Shown here piece after piece: positions 12,278-25,129 of a DNA stretch of 64,000 nt. The stretch covers positions 310,001 to 374,000 of the forward strand of contig CP142728.1 in NCBI GenBank assembly GCA_036630325.1, given 5' to 3'. Position 1 is the first letter of the stretch. Every line of letters starts with the position of its first letter. Position numbers and translations under genes: made by a program. The notes beneath the pieces are model-generated. The model was not told the DNA's origin. It saw only the letters and a program-made list of their open reading frames with translations, and searched no databases. The stretch comes from Vairimorpha necatrix (lineage: Eukaryota).

Positions 12278-12538
12278 ATGTCTAATCAGAAAATCCAAGT
12301 CCACCATTTCAACCAAAGACAGAAGAAACTAAATGATCTCCTTTTTGAAGACCAATCTTTATTTCTTATTACTCCTTTACAAGTACTAATAATATCACTT
12401 GTCTTTATAGCTAATGTTTTCTTACTACATATTGTATCAAGATTTATTCCATCTACAACTGCTCCTCAAGTCGCTATATCTATAATAGTAATCATATTCT
12501 CTATCATTATAACATTCTGTTTAAATAAAAAGAGATGA
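12278..12538 (+). CDS. SEC61B: Sec61 translocon beta subunit
   Basis: EDQSLFLITPLQVLIISLVFIANVFLLHIVSRF matches the Sec61beta/Sbh1 pattern (P..VL..SL.FI..V..LH). CCCC precedes the ATG. Confidence 0.8.
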   Translation: MSNQKIQVHHFNQRQKKLNDLLFEDQSLFLITPLQVLIISLVFIANVFLLHIVSRFIPSTTAPQVAISIIVIIFSIIITFCLNKKR

Positions 12539-12596
12539 TTTATATCATAATTTGTTTGTTTTAAATTTTTAATTTTTTTTATGCATAAATCTAATA

Positions 12597-13193
12597 ATGA
12601 AATCAGAAAAAAATTTTGACTCTGATGAAAAATCTCGTATTTCTAAATTACTTAATAAAAAACTTGCTCCTGAGTACATAAGTTATAGACAAGGATTTAA
12701 TAGAACAGTAGTTCCATATGTAGAAGGATGGACTGTCATTTCTCTCGCTAATCAAATATTTGGATTTAATGGCTGGTCTTCGCAAATAATAAAGATGGAA
12801 ATTGATTATTGTGATGAAAATGACAATAAATGGTGCATTGGAATTTCTTGTATAGTGCGAATATCTTTAAAAGATGGCACATCTAAAGAAGATGTTGGAT
12901 TTGGGAGTAGCGAAAATCAGAGAAGAAAAAGCGAGGCCTATGAGAAAGCCAGGAAGGAAGCAGTCACAGATGCTCTAAAAAGAGCCCTTAGACAATATGG
13001 AAATTCCCTTGGAAATTGTTGCTATGATAAAAATTTTATAAATTCTGTAAAGAAAATTGAGAAAAAAGAGAGGGACTACATAAATGCAAAAGATTTGTAC
13101 AGAAAAGAAAATAACGCGAGCTTCAGTAAAAGAGCGAAAAAGAAAGATGAAGATTCTATGGATTTTGAAGCATTTACTTTATCAAATAATTAA
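12597..13193 (+). CDS. RAD52: Rad52-family DNA annealing/recombination protein (N-terminal domain)
   Basis: YVEGWTVISLANQIFGFNGWSS, VRISLKDGT..EDVGFG, AYEKARKEAVTDALKRALRQYGNSLGNC. Confidence 0.93.
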   Translation: MKSEKNFDSDEKSRISKLLNKKLAPEYISYRQGFNRTVVPYVEGWTVISLANQIFGFNGWSSQIIKMEIDYCDENDNKWCIGISCIVRISLKDGTSKEDVGFGSSENQRRKSEAYEKARKEAVTDALKRALRQYGNSLGNCCYDKNFINSVKKIEKKERDYINAKDLYRKENNASFSKRAKKKDEDSMDFEAFTLSNN

Positions 13194-13296
13194 CTACAAA
13201 TAAAAAGCAAAGCATTTTGTAAAGTATTCATTTGATCAATTTATTTCTTAATTGATTTTGTTTTATTTATTTTTACAAAAAATAGGGGCCCTAAAA

Positions 13297-13815
13297 ATGG
13301 ATCCACTACAAGAAGCATCAAAAATCAAAGAGAAACAAATATTCTTTACAATACCACCAAGATATGAACAAATCTTTAAGCAAAAGGAATACGACCTTGA
13401 GTACTTTGGTCTCACTCTCATGCAGAGAGTTATGGCCTTCGTCGTGTTCTTTGCCATTGGTCTCCTTTCTTTCTTATATGCCATGATGAAAGTCCCTGCT
13501 GCTGTGTTTTATCCTGCGTCATTCGCTTTTCCTTATGCTCTGTCAAATTTCATATTCTTTTTTATGTTTGGGTTTATCTTGGGCTTCCGGTCTTATCTCT
13601 CCAATCTATTCTCTGAGAAAAAGAGAATGTACACCTCCTTCTTTATTTTTAGTACAATTGCTACGATTTATTCTACCTTGACCGTGGGACGCTATTTTAT
13701 TAATTTCTTCTTCTGCTTAGTGCAAATGAGTTCTTTTATTGTATTTGCTTTGACTTTTATTCCTGGAGGGACACACGGAATATCGAGCATGATGTCATTA
13801 GTGTTAAAAAAATAA
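13297..13815 (+). CDS. SFT2: Sft2-like vesicle transport membrane protein
   Basis: FGLTLMQR..AF, P.SFA.PY, LFS.KR...S..F, four TM segments, FIPGG..G. ATG at 13297 follows GGGCCC. Confidence 0.82.
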   Translation: MDPLQEASKIKEKQIFFTIPPRYEQIFKQKEYDLEYFGLTLMQRVMAFVVFFAIGLLSFLYAMMKVPAAVFYPASFAFPYALSNFIFFFMFGFILGFRSYLSNLFSEKKRMYTSFFIFSTIATIYSTLTVGRYFINFFFCLVQMSSFIVFALTFIPGGTHGISSMMSLVLKK

Positions 13816-13866
13816 AGAATTAAACTTGAATTAGTTTGTTTATGTTTTTTGATTTTTTATTTTTGC

Positions 13867-14445
13867 ATGAATGAAGAAGAAATCTTAAAATCTTTGATTT
13901 TTTGTAATATTTGTTACTACCCGGAATACAAGTCTAAATCTTCCTCCTTGCTAATAAGCTACTGTATGCATGTTGTTTGTAATACTTGCTTATCTGAACT
14001 CGACTATTGTCCTATTTGTAACTCAAAAACAACTTTTATGCCTATTACCAACTCTCTAAGTTCTAAATTAACTAAAAACCCAACTGAACTATTTAGTAGA
14101 CCTGTGGATATTTGCATGTTCCAAGTAAATAGTTCAATAAACTTAATAGAATATCTAAGAGAACAAATAAAAATACAAAAGAAGTTATTAAAACTGGCTA
14201 AAATGGAAATTGAGAAATTAAAAAATCAACCAAAATCTAATATTAAACAAATTCGTACAGAAGAAAAAAATAAGAACGTTGTAAATAATGAAAAGATTAA
14301 AAAAGTATGTGATATAATAAAAACAAGTAAGAAGAAAAGTGATAAATCCACGTCTATTTTAGATTTCTCAAATAGTTCATGTACAACTGGGAGATTGACA
14401 ATTCCAAAAGATTTTAATCCATATAAAAAATTTTACAGAAAGTGA
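13867..14445 (+). CDS. RING finger + coiled-coil protein, Zip3/RNF212/HEI10-like meiotic E3 ligase
   Basis: CNIC...CMHVVCNTC...CPIC RING, then an FQ motif, a coiled coil and a low-complexity Ser/Lys-rich tail. Confidence 0.65.
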   Translation: MNEEEILKSLIFCNICYYPEYKSKSSSLLISYCMHVVCNTCLSELDYCPICNSKTTFMPITNSLSSKLTKNPTELFSRPVDICMFQVNSSINLIEYLREQIKIQKKLLKLAKMEIEKLKNQPKSNIKQIRTEEKNKNVVNNEKIKKVCDIIKTSKKKSDKSTSILDFSNSSCTTGRLTIPKDFNPYKKFYRK

Positions 14446-16596
14446 AAGAAATGAGGCAAAAAAAAGAAGAATATAAACTTATTAAAGGAAATTCGGAGAT
14501 TTTCACTTGAAAAAGCAAATTATAAAATTTACAAATCATAATAAATTTATAAAAAAGTGCATATTAAAATTATAAAGTGATTGTATCCAACATTTTTAAA
14601 ATATGAATCAACTTTAGACCAATTTTGAAATTTCTGTTTAAATTTTTAGAAAATTTTTATGTATGAATTAAAAAAACAAACATGAAAAAAAACTTGCTTA
14701 GATATATCTGATGAAATTATAAATAACTTATTGTTTCTTTAAATATTAAGTTATCAATGTAGGTAAAAATAACAGCATTTCGTCATAGAAAAAAAAAATC
14801 AAGGCACATCAGAAAAAACAACAGCCATTTTTGATGTAACGAGCGGAATTCCAGCAAAATAACGCAAGAGATCAAAAATATTTAGTACTGAAAAAACGCT
14901 TTGAAAATATCTACATTGAATACGTTATTTCAAAAATTTGATAGATTACAAAATTAAATTACAGAAAAATACAAATACTTCCCATAAGCTATTTTATAAC
15001 ATGGTTACCAAAGCACTTAGATAAACAATAGATGTTTTGATAGTTTGGCAACTAAATCTTAAATAATATATTAGTGTTATAAAAATATACAATACAAGTG
15101 TAAAATAACGGTATGGAAAAAAATTAGTTAAATTCAAATGGCGTCAAAGGTACACAATTATCTTTATCTAATATAGCGATGTATCGGCTTAAACAAATAT
15201 AGAATAAATCTACAATGATGATATATAGCATAAGGCATTAGAATAGATACAAAAATAACGGAAAAGTAATGTTTTATACTCTACAGATATAAATGCGAAA
15301 TCATTTATTATTAACTGAATTTTGATTGTCAAGCGGAAAAAATTTAGGAGAAAAAACAAGAAAGCTACATTTGAAACATAATACCTGAAAAGTGGATTGT
15401 TTTATTATTGCCAAACTTTTGGATATTTATTTATTTCCTTTGTTTGATCTGGAACTCGTTTTAACATACATCATAATTTATAAAAAAGAAGTCTAGATCA
15501 ATCTCAAATGTATTTAAGTAAATTACAGCTTTATTAATATTTAATATGTAGAAAATCATGAATATATCAATAGAAGAAATTTTACTTTAAAAATATGAAT
15601 ACTTTATATTAAATTAAATCGATGATGTATATAATCGAAGAATGGTTATCATAATATATTATGAACTTTTATTTGTGTCTATGGAAATTAATGAATGATC
15701 AAAATTACGAATATATTTATATAATATAAAAATAGTAACAGTAAATCTTAACACTGTCTTAAGAAAACAAAAAACGGGTTGAAACAATTTTTTTATAAAT
15801 AAAAAAAAATAAATATTTAATCGTGATTTCTCAGTGTTGCTCGGCTTGGTCTTTAAAGTTGCTTAACACTTTGATTTCGGCGAAGAACCAAGTAGGATAC
15901 TATGTTAAACAATCATTAATTGTTGCGCCTTTTGGACATAAGTTTTATGTCTTTCTATAACAATAACAGGGTGTTTGAATTTTCGTATAGATATCAACTT
16001 CGATTTATGAGCAAATATAGTTAAAAGGGTATAATTGTCTAATTAAGGTTAAGATATTTTATCTTGTACAATATAAATCTCGAGTCTTCTTTCACATTTT
16101 TTCTCGATTCGATCCTTAAAATTAGGTTAAAAACAAAAATTCTACATTATAAGTAGACGGTTTAAAGTGGAAATATATCTTTTCTTGTAGTAATAAGTAG
16201 GCTTAGTGTGTAAAATTTTTTTTACATTGTGTAGTACATTTTAGTACGTTCTGGAGCTTTTAAATGTACTATGCTTTTGCATATTCCTTACTAAATTTTT
16301 CTCCAATTACAAATACGTTTGATCTTAATATATATTTAATAATGCCTTTTTACTATCAAAAACGATAAACATCAAATGCTAGTTGGTAAAATCTAAGTTC
16401 TATTTTATGCTTATACATAATTCTAATAATTCATTATATAATATTGCGAGTAAAATTATATTGATCATGTAATAACAAAGAAATTTAGTACTTAAATGTA
16501 AAATTATAGGGGTTCTAACTTCATAGATAAGATTTTATAATTTTTTTAATTATTTTAAGTAAATATGTAAAATAAATAAACAAAAATAAAAAAAAA

Positions 16597-17669
16597 CTAT
16601 TTTTTAATGTAAATATCTCCACAGAAAATACTCATATAAATCCCAATACATAAAATCATAATATAATAGAGAATTAACCACATAGAAATACCTAATTTGG
16701 AACTATCATTAAAACAAAAGTGCCCACGTCCCCCATCAGGCAAAAGAGTTTTATCAGAAAGATTTGATTCATTTCCTGATTCGCTATCAATATTTGCATC
16801 GTCTAGATCATCAACATTCTTTAGTTCATGATTATAAGACACATTATTGATCTCAAAGGGAGATGATTCTATTTTATCATTCTCAACAATATTGAATTTC
16901 AAAGATGGCTTTTTTATGTTTGCTTCATGTTCCCTTATATAAATTTTATTATATATATTATTTTCCTTTTCTTTAACCTTATCAAATGTTTGATTCTTAG
17001 TCTTAAAGTTATTATATTTTTTAATGTTGAGAACTGCGGTGTCCCATTTTGTTGATCCAAAATTTTCATCTTTCAGGCTTTGATTTACGTCAGAATTATC
17101 AATATTCATCATTTTGATAGCGTTTGAGGTGGCTGGTTTGAACAATTGATGTATATTTTTAGTAGCCAATTCGAAAATCTTCTATATATAAACATTTTAT
17201 GTTTTCAAAGTTTAATTCATCACAAACAATTTTATAATCAAGTGTATATTTCTATGTATTTGCCAATAACAGAGTAAATGTCTCTCTTTGTCTAAATACT
17301 ATTTCGAAACTTACGTGAACGTGTCCTTTAATTTTAAATTATAAAATTTAACACTTTCAATGAACCTATTACGTAAAGTTTAATCTCGAATGCAATACGC
17401 AGAATTTCTAATTTTTTCATAATATTTTTCATCTACCAAATCCAATCTAGAACTACCGTAAGCCAATTTGAAATCATCTTCAATATTTATTGCTTTTTTT
17501 CTATACATAGCGTGTATATTGTTGGTGGCAAAAAAATTATATTGACCAAATTTTTAGCTTCATTAGAAACACCTATGTATCCAAACCCACTATCTTTTTC
17601 AATATAATTTATAAATAATGTTAAGTGACAATTTCCAATATACAAATATATTGATATATTCCACAACAT
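16597..17669 (-). pseudogene. Disrupted putative type I membrane/secreted protein
   Basis: CCCT-ATG at 17669 with a hydrophobic N-terminus, stops and frameshifts in the middle, and a 190-codon C-terminal ORF ending in a TM segment (LGISMWLILYYIMILCIGIYMSIFC). Confidence 0.45.
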
Positions 17670-19260
17670 AGGGCTTAGAAATATTTTAAATTTTCAAGGA
17701 AAATCTATATAACTTGTATTTGACAGTTAATACAATTCATTGATCACACAAAGCAAAATTTTTGGAGATGTCAAAAATATAGCAACTATTAAATACAAAG
17801 AAGTCTAAATAAGTGTAATAAAACCATAATAATTAGCTAACTTAAAATTATATGTATCTCCCATTAAACCTTCATACATTAATAAAATAAATAATTCATA
17901 TTAATATTACATAAATTAAAAAAAACTGTAACTTAATGTGAACTTATAAAAATAATTTTGATTTAAACAATTTTTGCTTTTATCTATATTTTACCTCCAA
18001 TCTTCAAATACTTCTATATGGCAATATTTTCCAGATATATTAATTTTGTTTGTTATTTCGCAATTTGCTATATAATGGCACGGCGACAAATAAAATACAT
18101 CTTAGCTTCATTAAAAGTCCTTTGATTTGTGTAAGGCCGAGGGTTAAGTGTAGATCCTTGGAATCATTACCGTTGTTGTGATATATTAACATCATTACTG
18201 AGTCATTGGTAATTATATAAAATAATGATTTGTTTAATAAGATTTTCAGAGTCAAACACAAGTTCGTAGACATCTTCATTAACTTATGAATTGTGCAAAA
18301 TTTCAACCAACTTAAGGAGAAAAAATATACTAAATGTTAAGCAAATAACATGTTTAATTGCATATTTCAACTAAAAAAAAAATACTTCATGCAAAATTTT
18401 GTATGTTTATCTGACAATTTGTCGACAACAAATTAAATTTTCAATAAAATACCTCGAAATATCGATTTACGCTATCTTAAAAAAGAACTATACATAATGC
18501 TTATAATAAGAAGATATCGCCTACCTCATGTATAGCTTAACCTTTATCCAAAAAAATCAATTAAAAACGGTATACTTTTTTATTATGATTTATCTTTATT
18601 TTTTACAATCGAAGTTGCATCGAATAAGCCAAAATCCAATATTAATTTTACGAAGGAGTCTTAGAAATATATAATAATGAATCACGTATTGTATAGATTA
18701 TATTTACATATACTTTTTATAAGGGATTTTCTTAGTTATATCTTAGAGATTAGCTTCGCGTAGCTCACTATGTCTTTTGTTACTATGCATTCAATATGAA
18801 CACCTTATTTTTTTAAAGAAATTAGGTAGCTCCGAATAAGAAATTGTAACAATTAAGCAAGTTAGATCGCGCTTATTTAATATTTTTATTTAAACTGATA
18901 ATTTTTCTTTACTTTTATAGAATTATCTCTATTCCATTGCTTGTCATTATATAAAGAAACATAATCGTCTATTGTACAAAGATATCTTATGTTTATAAAG
19001 TTGAATTAAAAAAAAATAATTCATTCTTTTTAAGAAATTTAAGGCTAATTGTGATTGCTGAGCTGTAGAAACATTTACAGAAATTATAGGTTCTTATAAT
19101 TCGTATCCTGTAACTTCAACTTTTAAATACTTGTAGAATTTAAAAACCTCTGAATTAATACATCCAGACTTTTTTTTTGAAGTGGTTTTCATTTATGCAA
19201 ATATATCGAAAAGATTGTGTCCTGGTGAAATTAATTCAATATTCTATTACTATGATTGAA

Positions 19261-20038
19261 GGTAACCTTTCCCCAGTGGTCATGGGCGATGCTTGCAATG
19301 GAAATTGCTGGGTTTGAATAGCAAAAGTCATAAAAATTGTTCTACTTTTATGATGCAGTCGGAATAACATCGATGATAATAAATTTCCACGATACTTAAC
19401 AGTTAATTTAAATAAACTTATATTTCCAAACATAAGGAAATTAACATTTACAGTAAAAGCGCACCTTAATGCCAAAAACTGTATACCCTTCGTGATGACT
19501 TAATAATACATATATGTATCTGTTGGATACGGCTTAATTAAAGCGCATGGCCGTTTGCTTTTAAAGATGTTCCTGGAGCCGGCTAAGATACTCTATGAAG
19601 TAAAGCAATGGAGTATTGTAGAATCTGACCTACTAGATTCTGTAACACGGGGACCGAAACTAGTGAGAGGCTGGTCGTCAACGCTGTCCAATAAAAATGC
19701 CAAGTTAAATATGTGGCCGGAAAGGAGCCGTGTGTACAATAAAGATTATTATAGTGACCTTGAGTTAGTACGACGATGTCTCTCCTTGAGTTATAGATGA
19801 CCATGCCCGTTAAGTATATCCGCTGTGGGGTCACTCTGGACGCGATTGAAGTTATTAGAGCAAAATAAATTTCTTGCAACTAGAGTTAGATGGGACGTCG
19901 GAGCTTGCTGCACGACAAGTTATAAGAAGAAAGTTTTAGTGAGAAAAATCTCACAATACCTGTTGGATAAATATCAAACCCAAATCTCTATGGATTAAAT
20001 TATATGCTTCTTCCTACTTTAAATCGAATAGAAAAAAT
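19261..20038 (+). mobile_element. tRNA-headed SINE-like element, copy 2
   Basis: Shares ccgaaactagtg, gtacgacgatgtctc, ccatgcccgttaagtatatccgct and gtcggagcttgctgcac with copy 1. Head ccagtggtc...ggcgatgct...gctgggtttgaat. Confidence 0.7.
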
Positions 20039-20304
20039 TACTAATATTTATATTGGATTTAGATAGATCTCAAAAAGAGCATTTTTGCCTAAATTATCTT
20101 TATATGTTGTCAAAAAAATGTTTTTATACTAGTAATAATGCTATAATAAGATGCATTTTATTTGACCAATATTTAAGGCATAAACTTGTGGTTAATTTAT
20201 TTTATAAAATTTGTATGTGTTTATTACGAGTACAAATCTTTACAAATTTTATCGTGTTTAATAAAACGATATAAAAAGTAACTGCAAGTAAATAACGCAC
20301 ATTT

Positions 20305-20507
20305 ATTAATAACTTTTTATGTTATAATATCTTACTTACTAATTACTTTTCACAAGATGCACTCACAATTTAATTCTGACAGCTCCCGGAGTTCCTTTAG
20401 AGCTTCACATATTAGCTCTCGAATACACCTTCCTGCTAAGCATCAATCCCATGTTTGATAGACATATTTAGGCTTTCCGAAGTCATTTTAAGAACTCTTA
20501 TTGTATA
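20305..20507 (-). mobile_element. Non-LTR retrotransposon 3' fragment
   Basis: Homologous to 8098-8300 (tcttacttactaattacttttca...ttctgacag.tcccggagttcct). Confidence 0.7.
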
Positions 20508-22791
20508 TTCTTATTCAATAATGCACTTTATATTTTTTTACATAAAAAAACTTGTACTTTAATTTGAAACCATACCAACTTCAATTAATTGATCATTAGA
20601 ATAAATTTCATAAAAACACACATTATAACTTAAGAGTTCAATTTCAAAACTGTAAGTTGGTTTTAAAAAATTCCTCGAAGTAATATGGCCCAAGTTTTAT
20701 TATTTTGTTTAAATTTTTAAACAGAAAATAATGTCATTAGTATAAATTTGAATCATACACATTTATAAACTCATATGAAGCTACTGCAAAATATAAAAGA
20801 AACTATATGTGATCATTTGGTCATTTTTTATTTTAATTTAACACTTATATAATAATAAAGAGTCTTCAGTGTTAAATTTCTTAGTATTTGGTATTTTCAT
20901 TTAAAAGTCTGTTGTTTCATGTATTGTATGAATTTGTTATAAATTCTAAAAGAGAATGTTCCATTAGCAAGAAACCATTACAATTTCCTTTGAAATTTAT
21001 AGGTTCTTTGACAGGCCAAAAGAAATTTTTTTTTCTCAATGCAGCGGTATTCAAGTCTGTATTTTTTAATATTAAAACAATGCGTTTTTTAGTTATGTGA
21101 TATTATAGCCATAATTAAGTTTAACAGATTTTTTTGTAAGAAAGCACATTATTACGTTGCATTTCTACCAATTTCTTCTCTTCTACGTTCTTTATCCTGA
21201 TGTATATATGATCTTAAAAGATATTTTTTTCATGGGCGCTATTTATGACTAGAATATGTCGTTTATAACAGATCTACGAACAATAAATTTTGGGTTTTCT
21301 GCAAAATATAATTAAAAGAATAAATGGATTTTTTATCATAAACTATTATATAAGCTTCATGTTTAAAAATAAATCCGAGAATATGTTTTTATGTTTATTT
21401 TTTTGCTTACTACACAATTTTTTTTGTATAGAAATTAGTTGAGTTGTTAATTTTTCAAAATTATTACTCTATTTAATTATATGACACGTCTTTGAATTTG
21501 TAGAATCGTCGAAGTAACCGTTAAAGGGTTGGTATTTTGAAACTACTTTGTCATGTTGGCTCGGAAGATTAATTTAGTCATATAAATCATATTTTTCATA
21601 ATTAAACCCCCGGACACTCAAATATTTAAAATATACAATATAATTAACCAACATTACTTCCGATAATACAGCTTATACATTCAAATGTATTTCGTATGAT
21701 TACATTTGTAAAACAATGAAGTAGTCAATATAAAAGAAAAGGGGATAAAACTTCCTTCATTTTTTAAAAAATTAATTAAATTTGCTAAAAATAAGGGGAT
21801 TTAATTTAGCCAACAATATCTATAAAAGTCTGTAAAAATTATATTAAAGTATAGCTGATACGATTACAAAAATTCAAAGGTTGTTTGGACTTATAAATTA
21901 CATCATAGAACAATACTATAGAATCTTGAGATAGTAAACTACAAATAACATTCGATATTATGGCCAAAGCGCGCCAAACTAATCTCTCGAAGGCGACTGT
22001 TCAAAATTACATTATCAAAAATAAAGTTAAAAAAGAAAAGAAGAAAGGAATCATAATTTATAAACGTTCTAAAACTAAAAAATACAAAATTGTAAATATT
22101 TGCGTAAAATTTATTTTTAATTGCTTAAAACTCATTTTTAGCATTATGTATCTATACTGACCAGAAAAAATTATAAATTATTTGATATGTAATGTTTTTT
22201 ATTAAAAAAATAAATAATAAATTATTTAGTAAAGCATAGTAATGTTAAGAAATACAGGAAAATTTTCGAACATAGAACATGTGATTGGCATTAAAATTGT
22301 TTATGTTACTTAAGTTATAAAAAAAATACTTAGAATTATTTTCTTGATTCTGCTTATGAAGTTGTAGTAAATATTAAAAACAAGCCTTTGTATTAAAGCG
22401 AAATCTAATTTTATGACATTTATATCAATGATGTTTAGTAATTTTTCTCTTCTATTCGAACCTCTTTTGTAAATTTTTATTTTTAGGTTAAAATATGTAA
22501 TGGCAGGCTCATAGTATTTTCGTGGTATCCTAACTTCAAATTTATTTAAGCAAAGAACTTTTACTATCCAAACAAAAAATTCTATGTTAGCGAGAGTTGA
22601 ACTATTATGCGATATTATATTATAAATTAAAATGTAGGTGTTTTTTTCTTCTAGTACGAGTTTTTACAGTTTTCAAGTTTATTACTGATTAAAGAATCTT
22701 ATTATTTATTATAATTATTTAAACTTTTTATTTATATTTTTAAAACTTAAGTATTTTTATAAACATCTATACAAAAAATTATAGCCCCATA

Positions 22792-23745
22792 ATGTTCATA
22801 CGTATTTTTCTAGTTGTATGTACGGAAAGTCAAAATAAAACAGATTATTCAAATTTGTTGCCAATAAATATATTTTCAAAAGATAATCCAAATAAATATA
22901 TATCCCAATTAAATATCGATGAGAAAAATCTTCCAATTAAAAAGAGAAAGACATACTCAAATGTAGATGAAGGTTGTAACGAACAATTAACAACACAAAA
23001 TGTTAATTTAAATGCAAGCAATTCGGAATCAAACAATGTTTTTAACACAAATAATATTCAAGCACAAGATAATTTAAATTTACAATTAGATGATCAAAAT
23101 ACAGAGGAAATCAATAATAATTGTATGAATTATAATTTTTTAAAAGAAATGTTAATCAAACAAATTGAAAAATGGACGATAGAAGATAATATGATTTTAA
23201 TTGATGTCATAGAACTGGATTGCGACAAGAGAAAAAAAGAATACGTAAAATATATTAATACTAGAAAAAAAATCAATGCCGCCTTTTACAAGTTTAAATC
23301 ACATCTAAAAATGAACCTAGAAAAAATAAAAAAGATTATTAAGAAAGTTACTAAAGATGAAAATCAAAAGGATTTGTTGCATCGACAAATTCCTTTTTTT
23401 GAACTTTGCTTCGATTACCTAAACAAAATACCGCCTCATAAATTAAATTATAAGACCTCTAGTCTTAAATTAATTTCAATATATAGCAGAATTCCTACAA
23501 AACTTAATACATTATATAATAATTTTAAAATAGTCGATAATTTCGAAATTTTTAGGTTAAATTTAGAAAAAACCTGTAATTTTTCTTTGACTGTTAATCA
23601 ACAAAAACCATTAAACACAATCTATGAAAAATTGCAAAAACTTTTCAGTGAATTAGAGCAAAAAAGCAAAAATTGTTCGATTGTTGTGTCAAATCTTGAA
23701 AAACTTAGAAAAAAACATGGAAAGATTAAATTATACAATGTTTGA
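22792..23745 (+). CDS. Putative secreted effector-family protein (PxKKR family, member 1)
   Basis: Short hydrophobic N-terminus MFIRIFLVVC; EKNLPIKKRKT; shared helical C-domain motifs QIEKW..ED, CFDYL, C..VVSNL..LR.K. CCCC precedes the ATG. Confidence 0.8.
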   Translation: MFIRIFLVVCTESQNKTDYSNLLPINIFSKDNPNKYISQLNIDEKNLPIKKRKTYSNVDEGCNEQLTTQNVNLNASNSESNNVFNTNNIQAQDNLNLQLDDQNTEEINNNCMNYNFLKEMLIKQIEKWTIEDNMILIDVIELDCDKRKKEYVKYINTRKKINAAFYKFKSHLKMNLEKIKKIIKKVTKDENQKDLLHRQIPFFELCFDYLNKIPPHKLNYKTSSLKLISIYSRIPTKLNTLYNNFKIVDNFEIFRLNLEKTCNFSLTVNQQKPLNTIYEKLQKLFSELEQKSKNCSIVVSNLEKLRKKHGKIKLYNV

Positions 23746-24401
23746 TAACGTACGGATTCCTTAATTTTATATATAATTTTTAAACATTATTTAAGGTCTA
23801 ATTAATTTTAAAATAAAATATTCTTAGTTAGATCATAACATTTTTTACAAGATTAAGTTATCATGAATTTTTTAATAGTTTGATAAATCCTGAGATAATT
23901 TAACCAATTAATAAACCGAATGTTCAAATTGACTTAGGTTTGGGATTCACTTTGCGCCGCTCTCACAAAAATGAATATAAATCAAAAAAAAATTGTTTTT
24001 TTGAAAATTAAAACATAAAAAAGGAGGAGAAAATAAAAGATTTATTTAGTATAAAGCAGTAATTTTATTTTGTTCTACTTGACCTAATTTTATCTAAACA
24101 GCAACGGAAACCAAATTTAAAATTATTTTCAACATATTGTTGTTTAAATGGATGTCTAAATAGAAACACGTATTTATTCGCTTGCGTCTTATTAAAAAAT
24201 TTTATTATTGATAAAATGGTTTCATTCATTTTATTTAGTTTCATTTGGTTATAAGATATAAATTATACTTTTTTTACATATATATATTTTGACTTTTTTG
24301 TTATTTTTTGGTTTTTATAGACGAACAATGAAGTAAAATTCCCGTTTAAGTTCTTAAAACATTCATATGTATTATGTAACATCAAAATTGTAAATTGCCA
24401 G

Positions 24402-25129
24402 AGTTGTGAATATATATTTAATATATTTAACTCTTAATTTACAATTATCTTTAACATGGTGGAGAATAAATAATGATTGAACCCAAACATAAACAAAAGA
24501 AGAGGTTGTAAGTTCTTTCGAGACATGAGTCGTAAAAATGCAGTCTATATTAAAAGTGAGATGGTTGGTTGTCATACAGAAGAGATGGTATGATTTGCAT
24601 CAGTCGAGTGACCCGGATAGATGAAGACGTAGAGTAGCTATGGAGAAACAGTATTGACTGTAATAAGATTTGACAAAGAGTTGTCGAGATTGAGTGTAGT
24701 GGTAATCTCACCATTCACATTAAAGGTATCGTGGCAAGATAGCCGAATTATATGTGTTCAAAAATCCAGAGAGATATAAAAATAGAAGAAAATCAAAAAG
24801 AAACTGTGTTGTAGTCGAAGAATTAGATAGACGGATTAATTCGAATCCATGTGTAAAGGAAAATCCTATGCCTATAGACTTTATGTATTATAACAGGGAA
24901 AGAAGTACCGCGAAGACCAGTCTTTGAAGGGATAGTAAGACGCGGTAGAGTAAAGCGCAGCCCATGATCAGTTAACATAAAAAAAAAAATGCACTTTTAT
25001 TTTGTGAGCCAGGTTTTAGGCGTAGAAAGTTGTAAAGATAATTACATCCCCCAGTATTAAATTTAGCGCAGGGATGTTGAGAATATATATTTTACAAATT
25101 GAACCCTTAACTTACAATTTTCCTTAACA
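24402..25129 (+). mobile_element. Non-autonomous LTR element (TRIM-like) with 55-bp LTRs
   Basis: LTRs 24402-24456 and 25075-25129 (45/55 identical by hand, both ending TAACA). PBS TGGTGGAGAAT at 24457. Purine-rich caggga before the 3' LTR. 5-bp TSD GCCAG at 24397-24401 and 25130-25134. Confidence 0.85.

Noticed and set aside
20600-21233. Possible minus-strand pseudogene starting CCC-ATG at 21233
   Set aside because: Many stops and no recognisable homology, so it cannot be supported.
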